Shown here: positions 8,704 to 19,090 of the stretch, piece by piece | Numbering within the stretch: position 1 is the stretch's first letter | Layout: every line of letters begins with the position of its first letter | From: Candidatus Cloacimonadales bacterium | Lineage (GTDB): Bacteria; Cloacimonadota; Cloacimonadia; Cloacimonadales; JAFGVF01 | Length of the DNA: 64,000 bases | Direction of reading: 5' to 3' | Assembly: GCA_963663475.2 (NCBI GenBank) | Contig: CAXXJV010000002.1 | Location: 64,001 to 128,000, forward strand | The notes under the pieces: model-generated | The model's input: only the letters and a program-made list of their open reading frames with translations | Databases searched by the model: none | Told to the model about the DNA's origin: nothing | Translations under genes and position numbers: made by a program

Positions 8704-10116
8704 ATGGTAAAGATTGACACAAGTGGTTTAGAATCATTCATCCCAGAACAAGAGATTTTTGATATATTAGAAAAAACTAAGAATCCAAGTAAAGCTAGAG
8801 TCCAAGAGATTATTGCTAAATCTTTGGATAAAAACAGACTAAGTCCTGAAGAAACAGCAACCCTCATAAATTGTGAAGACCCAGAATTAATTCAAGAAAT
8901 ATACAAGGGAGCTAGGGCATTAAAAGAGAAAATTTATGGAAATAGAATAGTACTTTTTGCTCCTCTCTATGTTGGTAATGAATGTGTGAATGATTGTGTT
9001 TATTGTGGTTTCAGAGTCTCTAATAAAGAAACTCATAGAAATACTTTAACAATGGATCAATTAGAAGAAGAGGTTAAGGCATTAGAATCACGTGGTCATA
9101 AACGTCTGATTATGGTTTATGGTGAACACCACATGTATTCTCCTGAATTTATTCGAGATACTGTCTTAAAAACTTATGAAACTAAAGAAGGAAAGGGTGA
9201 AATCAGAAGGGTTAATATTAATGCTGCTCCCTTAGATGTTGAAGGTTTCAAGACTGTAAAGTCTGCTGGAATTGGGACATATCAGATTTTCCAAGAAACT
9301 TATCATCAAGAATCATATAAGAAATTCCATCCAACAGGACCTAAGAGTAATTATTTATGGCGTTTATATGGTTTAGATAGGGCTATGCAAGCTGGTATTG
9401 ATGATTTAGGTATTGGAGCTTTGATGGGGCTATATGATTGGCGTTTCGAGGTAATGGGACTTCTTTACCATACTATTCATTTAGAAAAAACCTTTAATAT
9501 AGGACCTCACACTATCTCTTTCCCAAGAATTGAACCTGCAAATAACACAGAGATAACCGAGCAACCTCCTTATGCAGTGTCCGATGATGATTTTAAGAAA
9601 TTAGTTGCCATTCTACGTTTAGCAGTTCCTTATACAGGCTTAATTCTTACTGCTCGTGAACCAATTGCCATCAGAAATGAAGTTATTGCTTTTGGCGTTT
9701 CTCAGATTGATGCAGGTTCTAGCATTGGTATTGGAGATTATTCTCATAAAGATGAGGAGTCTTTCAAGAAAAGTCAGTTTGTTTTAGGCGATCAAAGGTC
9801 TTTAGATGATGTAATAAAAGAACTAGCTACACATGGTTTCCTCCCTTCATTCTGTACAGCATGCTATCGTTTAGGTAGAACAGGTGAACACTTTATGGAG
9901 TTTGCTATACCTGGATTTGTTAAGAAATTCTGTACTCCTAATGCTATTTTAACTGTTTCAGAGTATGTGCATGATTATGGTACAGCAGATACAATTAAAG
10001 CAGTTAACGAACAGATTAACAAAGAAATTGAAGAAATGGAAGATGAAAAGATAAAGATAGAGCTAAAGGAAAAGTTAGCTAGGGTAGCTAAGGGAGAACG
10101 TGACCTTTACTTCTAA
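8704..10116 (+). CDS. hydG: [FeFe]-hydrogenase H-cluster radical SAM maturase HydG
   Basis: 'FAPLY', CxxxCxxC (CVNDCVYC), 'FQETYH', C-terminal CxxC-x22-C (CTAC...FCTPNA) which ThiH lacks; ends 'GERDLYF'. Confidence 0.93.
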   Translation: MVKIDTSGLESFIPEQEIFDILEKTKNPSKARVQEIIAKSLDKNRLSPEETATLINCEDPELIQEIYKGARALKEKIYGNRIVLFAPLYVGNECVNDCVYCGFRVSNKETHRNTLTMDQLEEEVKALESRGHKRLIMVYGEHHMYSPEFIRDTVLKTYETKEGKGEIRRVNINAAPLDVEGFKTVKSAGIGTYQIFQETYHQESYKKFHPTGPKSNYLWRLYGLDRAMQAGIDDLGIGALMGLYDWRFEVMGLLYHTIHLEKTFNIGPHTISFPRIEPANNTEITEQPPYAVSDDDFKKLVAILRLAVPYTGLILTAREPIAIRNEVIAFGVSQIDAGSSIGIGDYSHKDEESFKKSQFVLGDQRSLDDVIKELATHGFLPSFCTACYRLGRTGEHFMEFAIPGFVKKFCTPNAILTVSEYVHDYGTADTIKAVNEQINKEIEEMEDEKIKIELKEKLARVAKGERDLYF

Positions 10117-10245
10117 GCTAATGAATAAATAGAAATTAGGAAAAATAACTAAAGAAAATGATAGTGGATAAAATAAAAATATTAACTTTTTCTTGACATA
10201 ATTCAAGCTAGTTAATAAAAAGGTTTTACTCAGTATAAATGATGT

Positions 10246-10321
10246 GGCGGGATAGCTCAGTTGGTAGAGCAGAGGCCTGAAAAGCCTTGTGTCCCCAGTT
10301 CAAGTCTGGGTCTTGCCACCA
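10246..10321 (+). tRNA. tRNA-Phe(GAA), copy 1
   Basis: 76-nt cloverleaf; anticodon arm GAGGC-CTGAAAA-GCCTT; TTCAAGT T-loop; encoded CCA. Confidence 0.97.
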
Positions 10322-10346
10322 TACCAAAAATAATCAAATTAATAAA

Positions 10347-10422
10347 GGCGGGATAGCTCAGTTGGTAGAGCAGAGGCCTGAAAAGCCTTGTGTCCCCAGT
10401 TCAAGTCTGGGTCTTGCCACCA
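10347..10422 (+). tRNA. tRNA-Phe(GAA), copy 2 (identical)
   Basis: Exact duplicate after a 25-bp spacer; followed by a GGCACTC/GAGTGCC terminator hairpin. Confidence 0.97.
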
Positions 10423-10488
10423 TATTTAAGGCACTCAATTCGAGTGCCATTTTTGTTTGTAAAACCTGATAATCTCTAAGGAGAATAA

Positions 10489-12036
10489 ATGTATATTATT
10501 AAGAATATATCAACTAGATTAGCCCATCATCCTGACTTAGCCCAAGTAATAGCTCATAAATTTGGAATAACTGAATCTGATTTTAAAATTATAAATATTA
10601 CTAGAAGATCTATTGATAGTAGAAAAAGAAATAATGTTTGGTTAAACTTCACTGTAGAAGCCGAATTTTATGGTAATCCTCCTCTTCATCATGATATTGT
10701 TGAAGTTAAAGACAAGAAGATAAAGGATATAATAAGTATAAATCTTTCAGATATAAATCCCCTAATCATAGGCTGTGGCCCAGCTTCTCTCTTTGCAGGT
10801 TTAGCATTAGTAGAAGAAGGTTTTAAACCTCACTTTTTTGAGCAAGGAGAAAGAATAGAAGCTCGTGATGAAAAAGTGGATTATTTATGGTTACATAATC
10901 AGCTTGATCCAGATTCAAATGTTCAATTTGGTGAAGGTGGGGCAGGTGCCTATTCTGATGGTAAGTTAACTGCTCGTAATAGAGACCAATATTCTGAGAA
11001 AATATATAATTATCTTACTCAATTTGGTGCTGATAAAAAAATTAGCATTGATGCACTTCCTCATCTAGGAACTGATGGAATTAAGGCTGTTACAAGCAAA
11101 ATCATTAGCTATTTAGAAGATAAGGGTGCTGTTTTTCATTTCTCTCATAAAGTCACCGATATAAAATCAGTTAATGACAGACTTGAACTTACTATAAATG
11201 ACCAGAAGATTCAACCAGAAATATGTTTGTTAGGAGTTGGTAATTCTGCAAGACAGCTTTTTACTAATATGAAGAATAATGAAATTGCTATGGAAGCTAA
11301 ATCATTTGCCATAGGTTTTAGAATTGAACACAGTCAAGAATATATAAATAACTTATTTTATGGAGAGAAATGTGATTTTAATGTCACAGGACCTGCAAGC
11401 TATCGTTTAACAGCTAAGGCTGGAGATCATAGCGTCTATAGCTTCTGTATGTGTCCTGGTGGCACTGTCGTGTGTGGATCTTCTGAAGCTAATAGTATTG
11501 TAACCAATGGTATGAGTTATGCACAAAGAGATGGCAGATACGGTAATTCTGCCTTAGTAGCCTCTATAGAACCAAAGCATTTTGGCAAGGATATCCTAGC
11601 TGGTATGAATTTACAAAGACAAATTGAGAAAAAAGCTTTTAAAGAATTTTATAATGCTCCAGCCCAATTAGGTAGAGATTTTTTAAAGAATAAGCAAAGT
11701 GCCAAACTTCCTAAGGCAACTTATAGACCAGGTATCTATAGTGCTAGCATGGGACAACTTTTCCCTATCTATATCACTAAGGCCTTGGTTACAGGAATGA
11801 AGCATCTAAATAAAAGCTATAAGGGTTTTATTGATAATGGACTTTTGATAGGTCCTGAAACAAGAACTTCCTCACCAATTAGAATTTTAAGAGACCACTA
11901 TACTGGTCAAAGTATAAATACTAAAGGCTTGTATCCAATTGGAGAAGGTGCCGGATATGCTGGAGGAATTATTTCTTCGGCTGTTGATGGTTATAAAGCT
12001 GGTTCAAGATTTAGATTAAATCAAATAGTGGGGTAG
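10489..12036 (+). CDS. Uncharacterised FAD-dependent oxidoreductase (COG2509-like)
   Basis: 'IIGCGPA', 'NVQFGEGGAGAYSDGKLT', 'FCMCPGG', 'ETRTSSP', 'GEGAGYAGGIISSAVDG'. Confidence 0.9.
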   Translation: MYIIKNISTRLAHHPDLAQVIAHKFGITESDFKIINITRRSIDSRKRNNVWLNFTVEAEFYGNPPLHHDIVEVKDKKIKDIISINLSDINPLIIGCGPASLFAGLALVEEGFKPHFFEQGERIEARDEKVDYLWLHNQLDPDSNVQFGEGGAGAYSDGKLTARNRDQYSEKIYNYLTQFGADKKISIDALPHLGTDGIKAVTSKIISYLEDKGAVFHFSHKVTDIKSVNDRLELTINDQKIQPEICLLGVGNSARQLFTNMKNNEIAMEAKSFAIGFRIEHSQEYINNLFYGEKCDFNVTGPASYRLTAKAGDHSVYSFCMCPGGTVVCGSSEANSIVTNGMSYAQRDGRYGNSALVASIEPKHFGKDILAGMNLQRQIEKKAFKEFYNAPAQLGRDFLKNKQSAKLPKATYRPGIYSASMGQLFPIYITKALVTGMKHLNKSYKGFIDNGLLIGPETRTSSPIRILRDHYTGQSINTKGLYPIGEGAGYAGGIISSAVDGYKAGSRFRLNQIVG

Positions 12037-12093
12037 ATTTTTGTGAATAGAATAATCTGCACTCTTCTCTAAAGCTCTATTGCACCATTTGGG
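12020..12093 (+). mobile_element. MITE copy D (about 74 bp), supplies the stop codon of the oxidoreductase
   Basis: Degenerate left TIR ATCAAATAGTGG, right TIR GCACCATTTGGG; TAG 12034-12036 lies inside. Confidence 0.7.
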
Positions 12094-12146
12094 TTGAATT
12101 AAAAAAATAGAAAGAAAGGCTCAAGTTCAAGTCTGGTGGGAATAAT

Positions 12147-12307
12147 CCCAAATAATGCAGTAGAACTTTGTGAATAGCACTATATTCTTCTGCAAAAGTA
12201 GCTTCCATAATTTCTCCGAATATATAAAATATATGCGTCAAAATTCTGTAAGCTATTTTGCTAGAATAATCTGCACTCTTCACTAAAGCTCTATTGCACC
12301 ATTCGGT
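12147..12307 (+). mobile_element. MITE copy E (161 bp)
   Basis: Near-identical to copies C and M. Confidence 0.85.
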
Positions 12308-12320
12308 TAAACTTGAAGAT

Positions 12321-13136
12321 TTACTTTTGAATTATATGAATATCTCTTTGAGGGAATGGGATATTAATACCATTAGTATCAAAGGATTTCTTAACTTTTT
12401 CAATTACATCAAAATGCACATTCCAGAATTCAGCTAATGGAACCCAGGCTCTAGCTTTGATATTAACCGAAGAATCTGCTAATTCACTAACTCTAGCAAA
12501 TGGTGGTGGATCTTTCAAGATTCGACTATCCTCTTCCAAAACTTCCATTATGAGTTTCTTAGCTTTCTCAAAATCATCGCTATAAGCAATACCAAAGACC
12601 CATTCATCTCTTCTAGTTTCTTGAGCTGTATAGTTAACAATATTTCCATTAGAAAGAGGTCCATTAGGGATAACTATCTTTTTATTATCAACAGTCTTTA
12701 AAACAGTATGGAAAATCTGAATAGAATCAACAGTTCCCATGTGGCCTTGAGCTTCAATAAAGTCTCCATTCTTAAATGGTTTTAATAGAATAATAAGAAC
12801 TCCTCCTGAGAAGTTACTTAAAGAACCTTGGAAGGCCAAACCTATAGCAAAGGCCATAGCACTTAAGATAGCTATGAAGGATGTCATTTGAATACCAATC
12901 ATAGTAGCTACACTTACTACAACAAGTACTTTAAGTATTATTCCTATTATATTTGTTAAGAATTCTAATAGGGTAACTTCTACTTTTGATTTCTCTAATG
13001 CTTTATGAACTATTCTTGTTATGATTCTGGATACCCAAAATCCAATTATCAGGGTAAGAATTCCTAAAAGCACTTTTGGTGCGTATTGAATTGCCATATC
13101 TGTGATTTTCTGTAAAATTTCTTCCCAATTAGGCAT
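12321..13136 (-). CDS. mscS: Small-conductance mechanosensitive channel
   Basis: 'AIGLAFQGSLSNFSGG', 'KPFKNGDFI', 'IPN', 'INIPFPQRDIH'. Confidence 0.93.
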   Translation of the reverse strand: MPNWEEILQKITDMAIQYAPKVLLGILTLIIGFWVSRIITRIVHKALEKSKVEVTLLEFLTNIIGIILKVLVVVSVATMIGIQMTSFIAILSAMAFAIGLAFQGSLSNFSGGVLIILLKPFKNGDFIEAQGHMGTVDSIQIFHTVLKTVDNKKIVIPNGPLSNGNIVNYTAQETRRDEWVFGIAYSDDFEKAKKLIMEVLEEDSRILKDPPPFARVSELADSSVNIKARAWVPLAEFWNVHFDVIEKVKKSFDTNGINIPFPQRDIHIIQK

Positions 13137-13225
13137 AATCTACTCCTTAGATTTTTTATTATAAGATGATTGTTTTTCTTAAAAAAACAATTTAATATTT
13201 AATAAATTTTTACTTTGAGCTTAAA

Positions 13226-13305
13226 GCCATATAATGCAGTAGATCTTTGCGAATAACACTATATTCTTTTGCACTCTTCAGCAAAATTCTACTGCATCAT
13301 TAGCT
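13226..13305 (+). mobile_element. MITE copy F (about 80 bp, degenerate)
   Basis: ATAATGCAGTAGATCTTTG...CTACTGCATCATT. Confidence 0.7.
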
Positions 13306-13348
13306 TCAATAAAAGAAAGAAGAAAGATTTACTTGCCCTTTTAATGAT

Positions 13349-13415
13349 TTATCCTTCCTTTACAGTCTTTCGATGAAAAGCGGACTTTCATCGAAAGACT
13401 GTAAAGGAAGGATAA
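13349..13415. repeat. Long palindrome, family 2, copy 1 (30-bp arms, 7-nt loop)
   Basis: TTATCCTTCCTTTACAGTCTTTCGATGAAA-AGCGGAC-exact reverse complement. Confidence 0.9.
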
Positions 13416-13478
13416 GGGATGAATAGAGATATAAGGAATGTCTTTTGCATAAAAAAAGTCAGTAGTCCTATTGTTAAA

Positions 13479-13528
13479 CCCAAATGGTGCAATAGAGCTA
13501 TTCTCAAAGATCTATTGCATTATTTGGG
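13479..13528 (-). mobile_element. MITE copy G (50 bp, inverted)
   Basis: CCCAAATGGTGCA...TGCATTATTTGGG; perfect TTAAA TSD. Confidence 0.8.
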
Positions 13529-13663
13529 TTAAAACATGCAAATTACTCTCTAAATTCTGCTGTTTAAGTAATATAAATTGCTTTTAAGTTAATTAAATTG
13601 ACATGATATGAACTTTGAATTAATATATATAAGAAGGAAAAACTAATAAAGAAAAGAGGATAT

Positions 13664-16357
13664 ATGAGACGACTTACAGTTTTACTTTTGGTATTATTAC
13701 CAATAATGTTGTTTAGTGCTTACGTAAAAGATGTTCCTATGCAAGTGGAACAGCCAAATGGTGATATCTTAGATATTTATGCTTCTGGTGATGAATATCA
13801 TCATTGGTTCCATGATAGCCAAGGATACACAATTACTAGAGATGAAAAAGGTTTTTACGTGTATGCCCAGAAGGTTAATGAAAAAATACTTCCTAGCAAA
13901 TACCTTGTAGGTGAAGCAATTCCCTCAGAAAAGGGTATAAGACCTAACCTCAACATAAGTCCTTCTGAATGGAAAGCAAAAAGAGATATCTTCTATGAAA
14001 ATAATCCAAGAGCAGAGGAGAGAACTCCCACAACAGGCCAATTAGTTAACTTAGTGATTTTTATCAAATTCCAGGGTGAAAGTGATTTCGCTACTGATAT
14101 ATCTTTTTATGATGATATGTTAAACGACACTTCTTTGGATGCTAATTCTACTTATAACTATTACCAAGAAGTTTCTTACGGTCAATTGGCTGTTACAGGT
14201 GAATTTTTCCCTCCAGTTTCTCCTCAAAACACAATAGTAGCTTATGAAGATCCCCATCCAAGAGGTTATTATGAAGCTTATTCTCCAGCCAATCCCATAG
14301 GCTATCAAGGTGGCGACCATGGAGAAGAAAGAGGCTATAGGGAACATACCTTATTAGCTAATGCTGCTGAGTATGTAGAATCAATGATTCCTGAGGATTT
14401 ACCAATAGATGGTGATAATGATGGTTATGTTGATAACGTGATTTATATAATTAAGGGTAGTCCCAACAATTGGGCATCATTACTTTGGCCTCACCGTTGG
14501 TCTCTTTATTATGCTGATGCTTATATCCATGGCAATAGAGTTTGGGATTTTAACTTCCAGTTAGAAACTCATCTAAACTCAAGTGGTAATAGTGTCATGT
14601 GTCATGAACTTTATCACTCTTTAGGTGCCCCAGATTTATATCGTTATGAATCAGATGGAGACCCTGTAGGAATGTGGGATTTGATGGCAGGTAATACAAA
14701 CCCACCTCAACATATGAATTCATATATGAAATATTACTATACAAACTGGATACCAGAAATACCAAAGATAGAAGAGAGTGGGACCTATTCTCTTTCTCCA
14801 GTTTCTTCAAATGAAAATCAAGTTTTCAAAATTCAATCATGGAACTATGCAGAAGATATTTATTTCGAATATAGAAGAATTGACCCACTATTTGAATCAG
14901 CACTTCCCAGCCAAGGCTTATTAGCTTATAAAATTAACAATGCTTTAGCTGGTGAAGGTAATGCAGGTGGACCTCCAGATGAAGTATATATTTACCGTCC
15001 AGGTGGTAACTCTAATGGTGGAGGTTTATTAACTTCTGCTCCTTTTGATGATAATAGTAACTATTTTGGCTTTGATTCATTCCCTCCAGCAATTGGAACA
15101 AACGGCAACTTTACTGGTGTTGATGTATATGATATTGTTGTAGGACCAGAAGAAATTACCTTCAAAGTAGATGTTTCAAATATATATTTCACCTCTTTAA
15201 ACAATGGAGAATCACTAATTGCAGGCGGAGTAAACAATATTACCTGGATTAGGAAAAATAATGTTACTACAATTGATTTAGAATATAGTACAGACAATGG
15301 AGAAAACTGGGAACTAATTGCTCAGGTTAATGCTAACACTGGCTCTTATAACTGGGAAATTCCAGAAGTAAATTCTGATCAAGTTTTATTGAAAGTTACT
15401 GAATTAGCTACTGGTAAATATGACCTTATAAATCAACCTTTGACTGTTATTTCTGAATTAGCTGTTCCTCAACTGCTTTATCCTCAAGATAGTGCAAGTT
15501 CAATAGCAACAAATCCTGAAATAAGCTGGCAACAAGTTATGGGTGCAACTGCCTATGATTTAGAAGTATCAGAAAGTCAGACTTTTGAATCTACCATCTA
15601 TTCAGATGAAGTTGAGGCTACAAGTGCTGAAATTGATAACTTAAACGCTTACACAAGTTACTATTGGAGGGTTAAAGCTCTCAATGGTCCACTAGCAAGT
15701 GACTATTCTCCAATTTATTCTTTCACTACTGGATCTTTCACTTCTGCTCCTGATAATGTTAGTCTCCAAGAACCAGTTAATAATGCGATAAATATGAGCT
15801 ATGAAAGTCTTGAATTATCTTGGCAACAAGTTTTTGCAGCAGAAAGTTATACTTTGCAAGTATGTAAGAATGTATATTTCTATACTGATTTAATTGAAGT
15901 TTCTGAGATTGAAACTGCTACATATCTTGTAACAGACTTAGATCCTTTAACTAGATATTACTGGAGAGTAAGAGCCCATAATTCTTTTGGTGATTCAGGT
16001 TGGTCTTCTATTAATCAGTTTGTTACAAGTCAAGCTGTTTCCAACGATAATAATAGTGTTCAGCTGGTAAATTCTTACCAAGGAAATTATCCAAATCCTT
16101 TCAATCCAGAAACTACTATTTCCTTTACAGTGGGTGCTGGCACAAGAGGTCAAACTCAAGCTGTTTCAGCTAGAATTTATAATCTAAGAGGACAGTTAGT
16201 TAATGAGCTTGTTAATGCAAATCTCAAGAGTGATAATTATAAGTACACTTGGAAGGGTAAAGATATGTCTGGAAAAGATGTAGCTTCTGGTGTTTATTAT
16301 CTTAGATTGCAAATTGGTAATGATATCAAAACTGGTAAAATGGTATTGATGAAATAG
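13664..16357 (+). CDS. M6 (immune inhibitor A-like) metalloprotease with FN3-like repeats and FlgD/T9SS-A-like CTD
   Basis: 'QPNG...GDEYHHW' propeptide, 'WPHRW', HExxH 'HELYHSLGAPDLY', 'WDLMA'; two 'YYWRV' repeats; 'NYPNPFNPETTI'. Confidence 0.92.
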   Translation: MRRLTVLLLVLLPIMLFSAYVKDVPMQVEQPNGDILDIYASGDEYHHWFHDSQGYTITRDEKGFYVYAQKVNEKILPSKYLVGEAIPSEKGIRPNLNISPSEWKAKRDIFYENNPRAEERTPTTGQLVNLVIFIKFQGESDFATDISFYDDMLNDTSLDANSTYNYYQEVSYGQLAVTGEFFPPVSPQNTIVAYEDPHPRGYYEAYSPANPIGYQGGDHGEERGYREHTLLANAAEYVESMIPEDLPIDGDNDGYVDNVIYIIKGSPNNWASLLWPHRWSLYYADAYIHGNRVWDFNFQLETHLNSSGNSVMCHELYHSLGAPDLYRYESDGDPVGMWDLMAGNTNPPQHMNSYMKYYYTNWIPEIPKIEESGTYSLSPVSSNENQVFKIQSWNYAEDIYFEYRRIDPLFESALPSQGLLAYKINNALAGEGNAGGPPDEVYIYRPGGNSNGGGLLTSAPFDDNSNYFGFDSFPPAIGTNGNFTGVDVYDIVVGPEEITFKVDVSNIYFTSLNNGESLIAGGVNNITWIRKNNVTTIDLEYSTDNGENWELIAQVNANTGSYNWEIPEVNSDQVLLKVTELATGKYDLINQPLTVISELAVPQLLYPQDSASSIATNPEISWQQVMGATAYDLEVSESQTFESTIYSDEVEATSAEIDNLNAYTSYYWRVKALNGPLASDYSPIYSFTTGSFTSAPDNVSLQEPVNNAINMSYESLELSWQQVFAAESYTLQVCKNVYFYTDLIEVSEIETATYLVTDLDPLTRYYWRVRAHNSFGDSGWSSINQFVTSQAVSNDNNSVQLVNSYQGNYPNPFNPETTISFTVGAGTRGQTQAVSARIYNLRGQLVNELVNANLKSDNYKYTWKGKDMSGKDVASGVYYLRLQIGNDIKTGKMVLMK

Positions 16358-16422
16358 AATTTTTAAAATTATAAGACCATAGTTTAGTGCTAACTAGATT
16401 ATGGTCAATTAAATATTTAATA

Positions 16423-16460
16423 TGTAGAGACGCAAGAGAAATGTGTCTCTACTTTTTTTT
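16423..16460 (+). terminator. Intrinsic terminator
   Basis: GTAGAGACGCA/TGTGTCTCTAC stem followed by a T run. Confidence 0.75.
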
Positions 16461-16503
16461 ATTGACAAGCTTGATTGCCTTTTAATTATCAAAAATAACT
16501 AAA

Positions 16504-16693
16504 CCTAAATAATCTAGTAGATCTTTGTGAATCGCAGAATATTCTTATGCAAAAGTAACTTACATAAATTTTATGAAAATATATATTATATGCTTTCAAA
16601 TTCTGCAAGTTATTTTGCTATGATAATCTCCACTCTTCACCTGTGATACCTAGCTTTAGTGATGTATTACTAAACTCTACTGCATCATCTAGA
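16504..16693 (+). mobile_element. MITE copy H (about 190 bp, diverged, with an insertion)
   Basis: Collinear but diverged similarity to the 161-bp consensus plus about 30 bp extra near the right end. Confidence 0.7.
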
Positions 16694-16714
16694 TTAAAAA
16701 CCTATTGGAGAATT

Positions 16715-17248
16715 ATGAAAAAAATATATCTAATACTAATCTTATTCCTTGTTTTATTATCCTTTGCTTGTAAGAAGACTCCTAGTGAAAAGTCTCTTGC
16801 TCCCATTAACTTAAACTATGATTCCTTATTAGTAAAAGACAGACTAATGCTTTCACCTACTATTAAAGTTGTTCATTTAAAAGAATGGTTAATTGATGAT
16901 AAGGCTTCTGAAGGTAAAGAGAATATGTTATTCTTCCAAAATACAAATCTGTCTGGAATGATAACTATCAAGGGCTATATGGATGGAAATGCCACTAATT
17001 ATTTAAAAGAAGTTGAGCCTACTTTTGCTGGAAAAGAGATAATTTCTAAGAGCAATTTTACTTTCCAAGGCAAAAATTATCATCAGTTCATGGTTAGATC
17101 TCAAGAATATATTATTCTAAAAGCTGTGATTGAAATTGATGAAAATAATTATGTTGATACAAATCTTTTATTCAAGGAAGAGAACTATTTACAAATTAAA
17201 GCAATGATTGAAACTTATCTAGCCTCAATAGCCATAATGAATCAATAA
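16715..17248 (+). CDS. Hypothetical lipoprotein
   Basis: Start moved to ATG 16715 (GGAG RBS); MKK-hydrophobic-'SFAC' lipobox. Confidence 0.7.
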   Translation: MKKIYLILILFLVLLSFACKKTPSEKSLAPINLNYDSLLVKDRLMLSPTIKVVHLKEWLIDDKASEGKENMLFFQNTNLSGMITIKGYMDGNATNYLKEVEPTFAGKEIISKSNFTFQGKNYHQFMVRSQEYIILKAVIEIDENNYVDTNLLFKEENYLQIKAMIETYLASIAIMNQ

Positions 17249-17261
17249 TATTATCTCTTTA

Positions 17262-17879
17262 TTACTTATAAAAAAATCTACCCATACCTGTAAGAAAAAC
17301 AATTAATCCTAAGATAGAATGTTCAATAGTTACTAGCATGAGAGAACGTTGGCGATAATAATTAAGGGTAAAAACTAGGCCTGATATTAAAGTAAGTATT
17401 AGGGCTGGAAGATTATTATATATGATGTGCAAGAAACTAAAAGCTAGCATGTTTGTCATTAGCATTTGCTTATCAGAGAGGATATCTTTATAACGTTGGA
17501 AATAAAAAGGACGATAGATTAATTCTTGAGGAAAGGCAGATATCAGAGGATAAAAAATAGATATAATCAGCATTAAATGAGGTCTTTCTCTTAGCAAAAT
17601 AAAAGGCTTTTCGTCTAGAAAAAAGTAGATATAAGCAATAAAGAAGCTAAAAGTTCCTAAGTAAATTAAGGTCATTTTAATCCAGTATTGCTTATTTAAC
17701 TTAGGTAACTTATACCAGTTTTTATCAATATACTTGAACTTTATTGAAAGAAAAAGAACAAAGAGGAAGACAATTAAGAGTGTTAACAAGCGAGGGAGAG
17801 GTATGATATTATATTTCATCAATAGGGGAAGAACTACAAAAACAGTAAGCAACTCCAGATATTTCCATGTTTTTAACAT
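17262..17879 (-). CDS. CPBP (Abi/CAAX) family intramembrane glutamic endopeptidase
   Basis: Multi-TM; 'QELIYR', 'FSFLH', 'IEH' motifs. Confidence 0.85.
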   Translation of the reverse strand: MLKTWKYLELLTVFVVLPLLMKYNIIPLPRLLTLLIVFLFVLFLSIKFKYIDKNWYKLPKLNKQYWIKMTLIYLGTFSFFIAYIYFFLDEKPFILLRERPHLMLIISIFYPLISAFPQELIYRPFYFQRYKDILSDKQMLMTNMLAFSFLHIIYNNLPALILTLISGLVFTLNYYRQRSLMLVTIEHSILGLIVFLTGMGRFFYK

Positions 17880-17985
17880 ATTAGACCTCAGTAATTTTTT
17901 TATAACAGAATAACTACATTTTTTGATTTGACAAAGATTAGTCTTATTTTTAATAGTAAATTATCTAATAAGCTGAGGTGATAGG

Positions 17986-19086
17986 ATGAGTAAGATTAAC
18001 CAAATAATTGAAATTCTTGAAAACAATGATAAAGAAAAACACCAGGTTCTAGTGGGATTTGATGGTTTTGTTGATGAAATCTGTCAAGTAGTAGAAGAAA
18101 GATTAACTGCTACAAGTTATCGACCAATAAAAACTATTTCTGACTATGCTAAAAAAGTAGCTAAATATGCTGGTTTAAGTATGAATATTGAAATTGTACC
18201 AAAACTAGTTAAGCTGGGTGGAAATGCTCCAATAATGGGCAACTGTTTGGCTGAACTCGGCAATAGCATTGATTTTATTGGGGCTATTGGTAAAGATAAA
18301 ATTCATCCTCTCTTTCAAGATTTTGCTAGTAAGTGTAGGAAGTGTTTCTCAATCTCAGACCCAGGTCATACTGATGCCTTAGAATTTAATGATGGTAAAA
18401 TAATGCTAGGTAAAATTGAACCCATGGATAGGGTAAACTGGCCAAATATACTTAAATCAGTAGGAGAAAAGCAAGTTCTTGAGATCGTTAGGGAATGTGA
18501 CTTATTAGCTTTTAATAATTGGACTCTTATCTTTGGTATGAATAGTATTATTGAAGGTATGAGGGAAATACTGAAAAAAACAGGTCATAATCCATATATC
18601 TACTTTGATTTAAGTGACCCTACTAAACGGGATAAACAGGATTTGAGAGAGGCAATCTATTATATTAGTAGTATGCAAAATGTTGGAAAAGTTGTGCTAG
18701 GACTCAACAAAAATGAGTCCGAATTAATCTCCCAGATTCTGAAGAAAGATCAAGCTGATTTAGCCCAAAGAGCCTTAATGATAAAAGAAAAAATGGCTAT
18801 CTATGCTTGTGTTATTCATGATATAAAAGGTGCTTGCTGTGGCTATGAAGATAGTGGTCTATGGCAAGATGGACCTTTTACCCCAAATCCAAAACTATCA
18901 ACAGGAGCTGGAGATAACTTTAATGCTGGCTTTTGTTATGGACTTCTCAATGGCTTAAATCCAGAACAAGCCCTCCTTACAGGCGTCTCTACTTCAGGCT
19001 TCTACGTTAGACAAGAAAGATCACCTCAATCTCATGAATTAAGAGAATTTATGCTGAAATTTTGTAATAATCAAATAGGAGACTAA
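17986..19086 (+). CDS. PfkB family carbohydrate kinase-like protein
   Basis: 'LGGNAPIM', 'NKNE', 'STGAGDNFNAGF'. Confidence 0.85.
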   Translation: MSKINQIIEILENNDKEKHQVLVGFDGFVDEICQVVEERLTATSYRPIKTISDYAKKVAKYAGLSMNIEIVPKLVKLGGNAPIMGNCLAELGNSIDFIGAIGKDKIHPLFQDFASKCRKCFSISDPGHTDALEFNDGKIMLGKIEPMDRVNWPNILKSVGEKQVLEIVRECDLLAFNNWTLIFGMNSIIEGMREILKKTGHNPYIYFDLSDPTKRDKQDLREAIYYISSMQNVGKVVLGLNKNESELISQILKKDQADLAQRALMIKEKMAIYACVIHDIKGACCGYEDSGLWQDGPFTPNPKLSTGAGDNFNAGFCYGLLNGLNPEQALLTGVSTSGFYVRQERSPQSHELREFMLKFCNNQIGD

Positions 19087-19090
19087 GAGA

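Noticed and set aside
8704-10116. ThiH (thiazole synthesis) assignment
   Set aside because: The C-terminal CxxC-x22-C cluster motif and the TM1266 neighbour indicate HydG
10287-10469. 60-aa ORF
   Set aside because: Overlaps the two tRNA-Phe genes
12077-12283. 68-aa ORF (likewise 2812-3036 and the 16643-16714 extension)
   Set aside because: These are translations of MITE sequence or antisense overlap; no RBS or protein-like features
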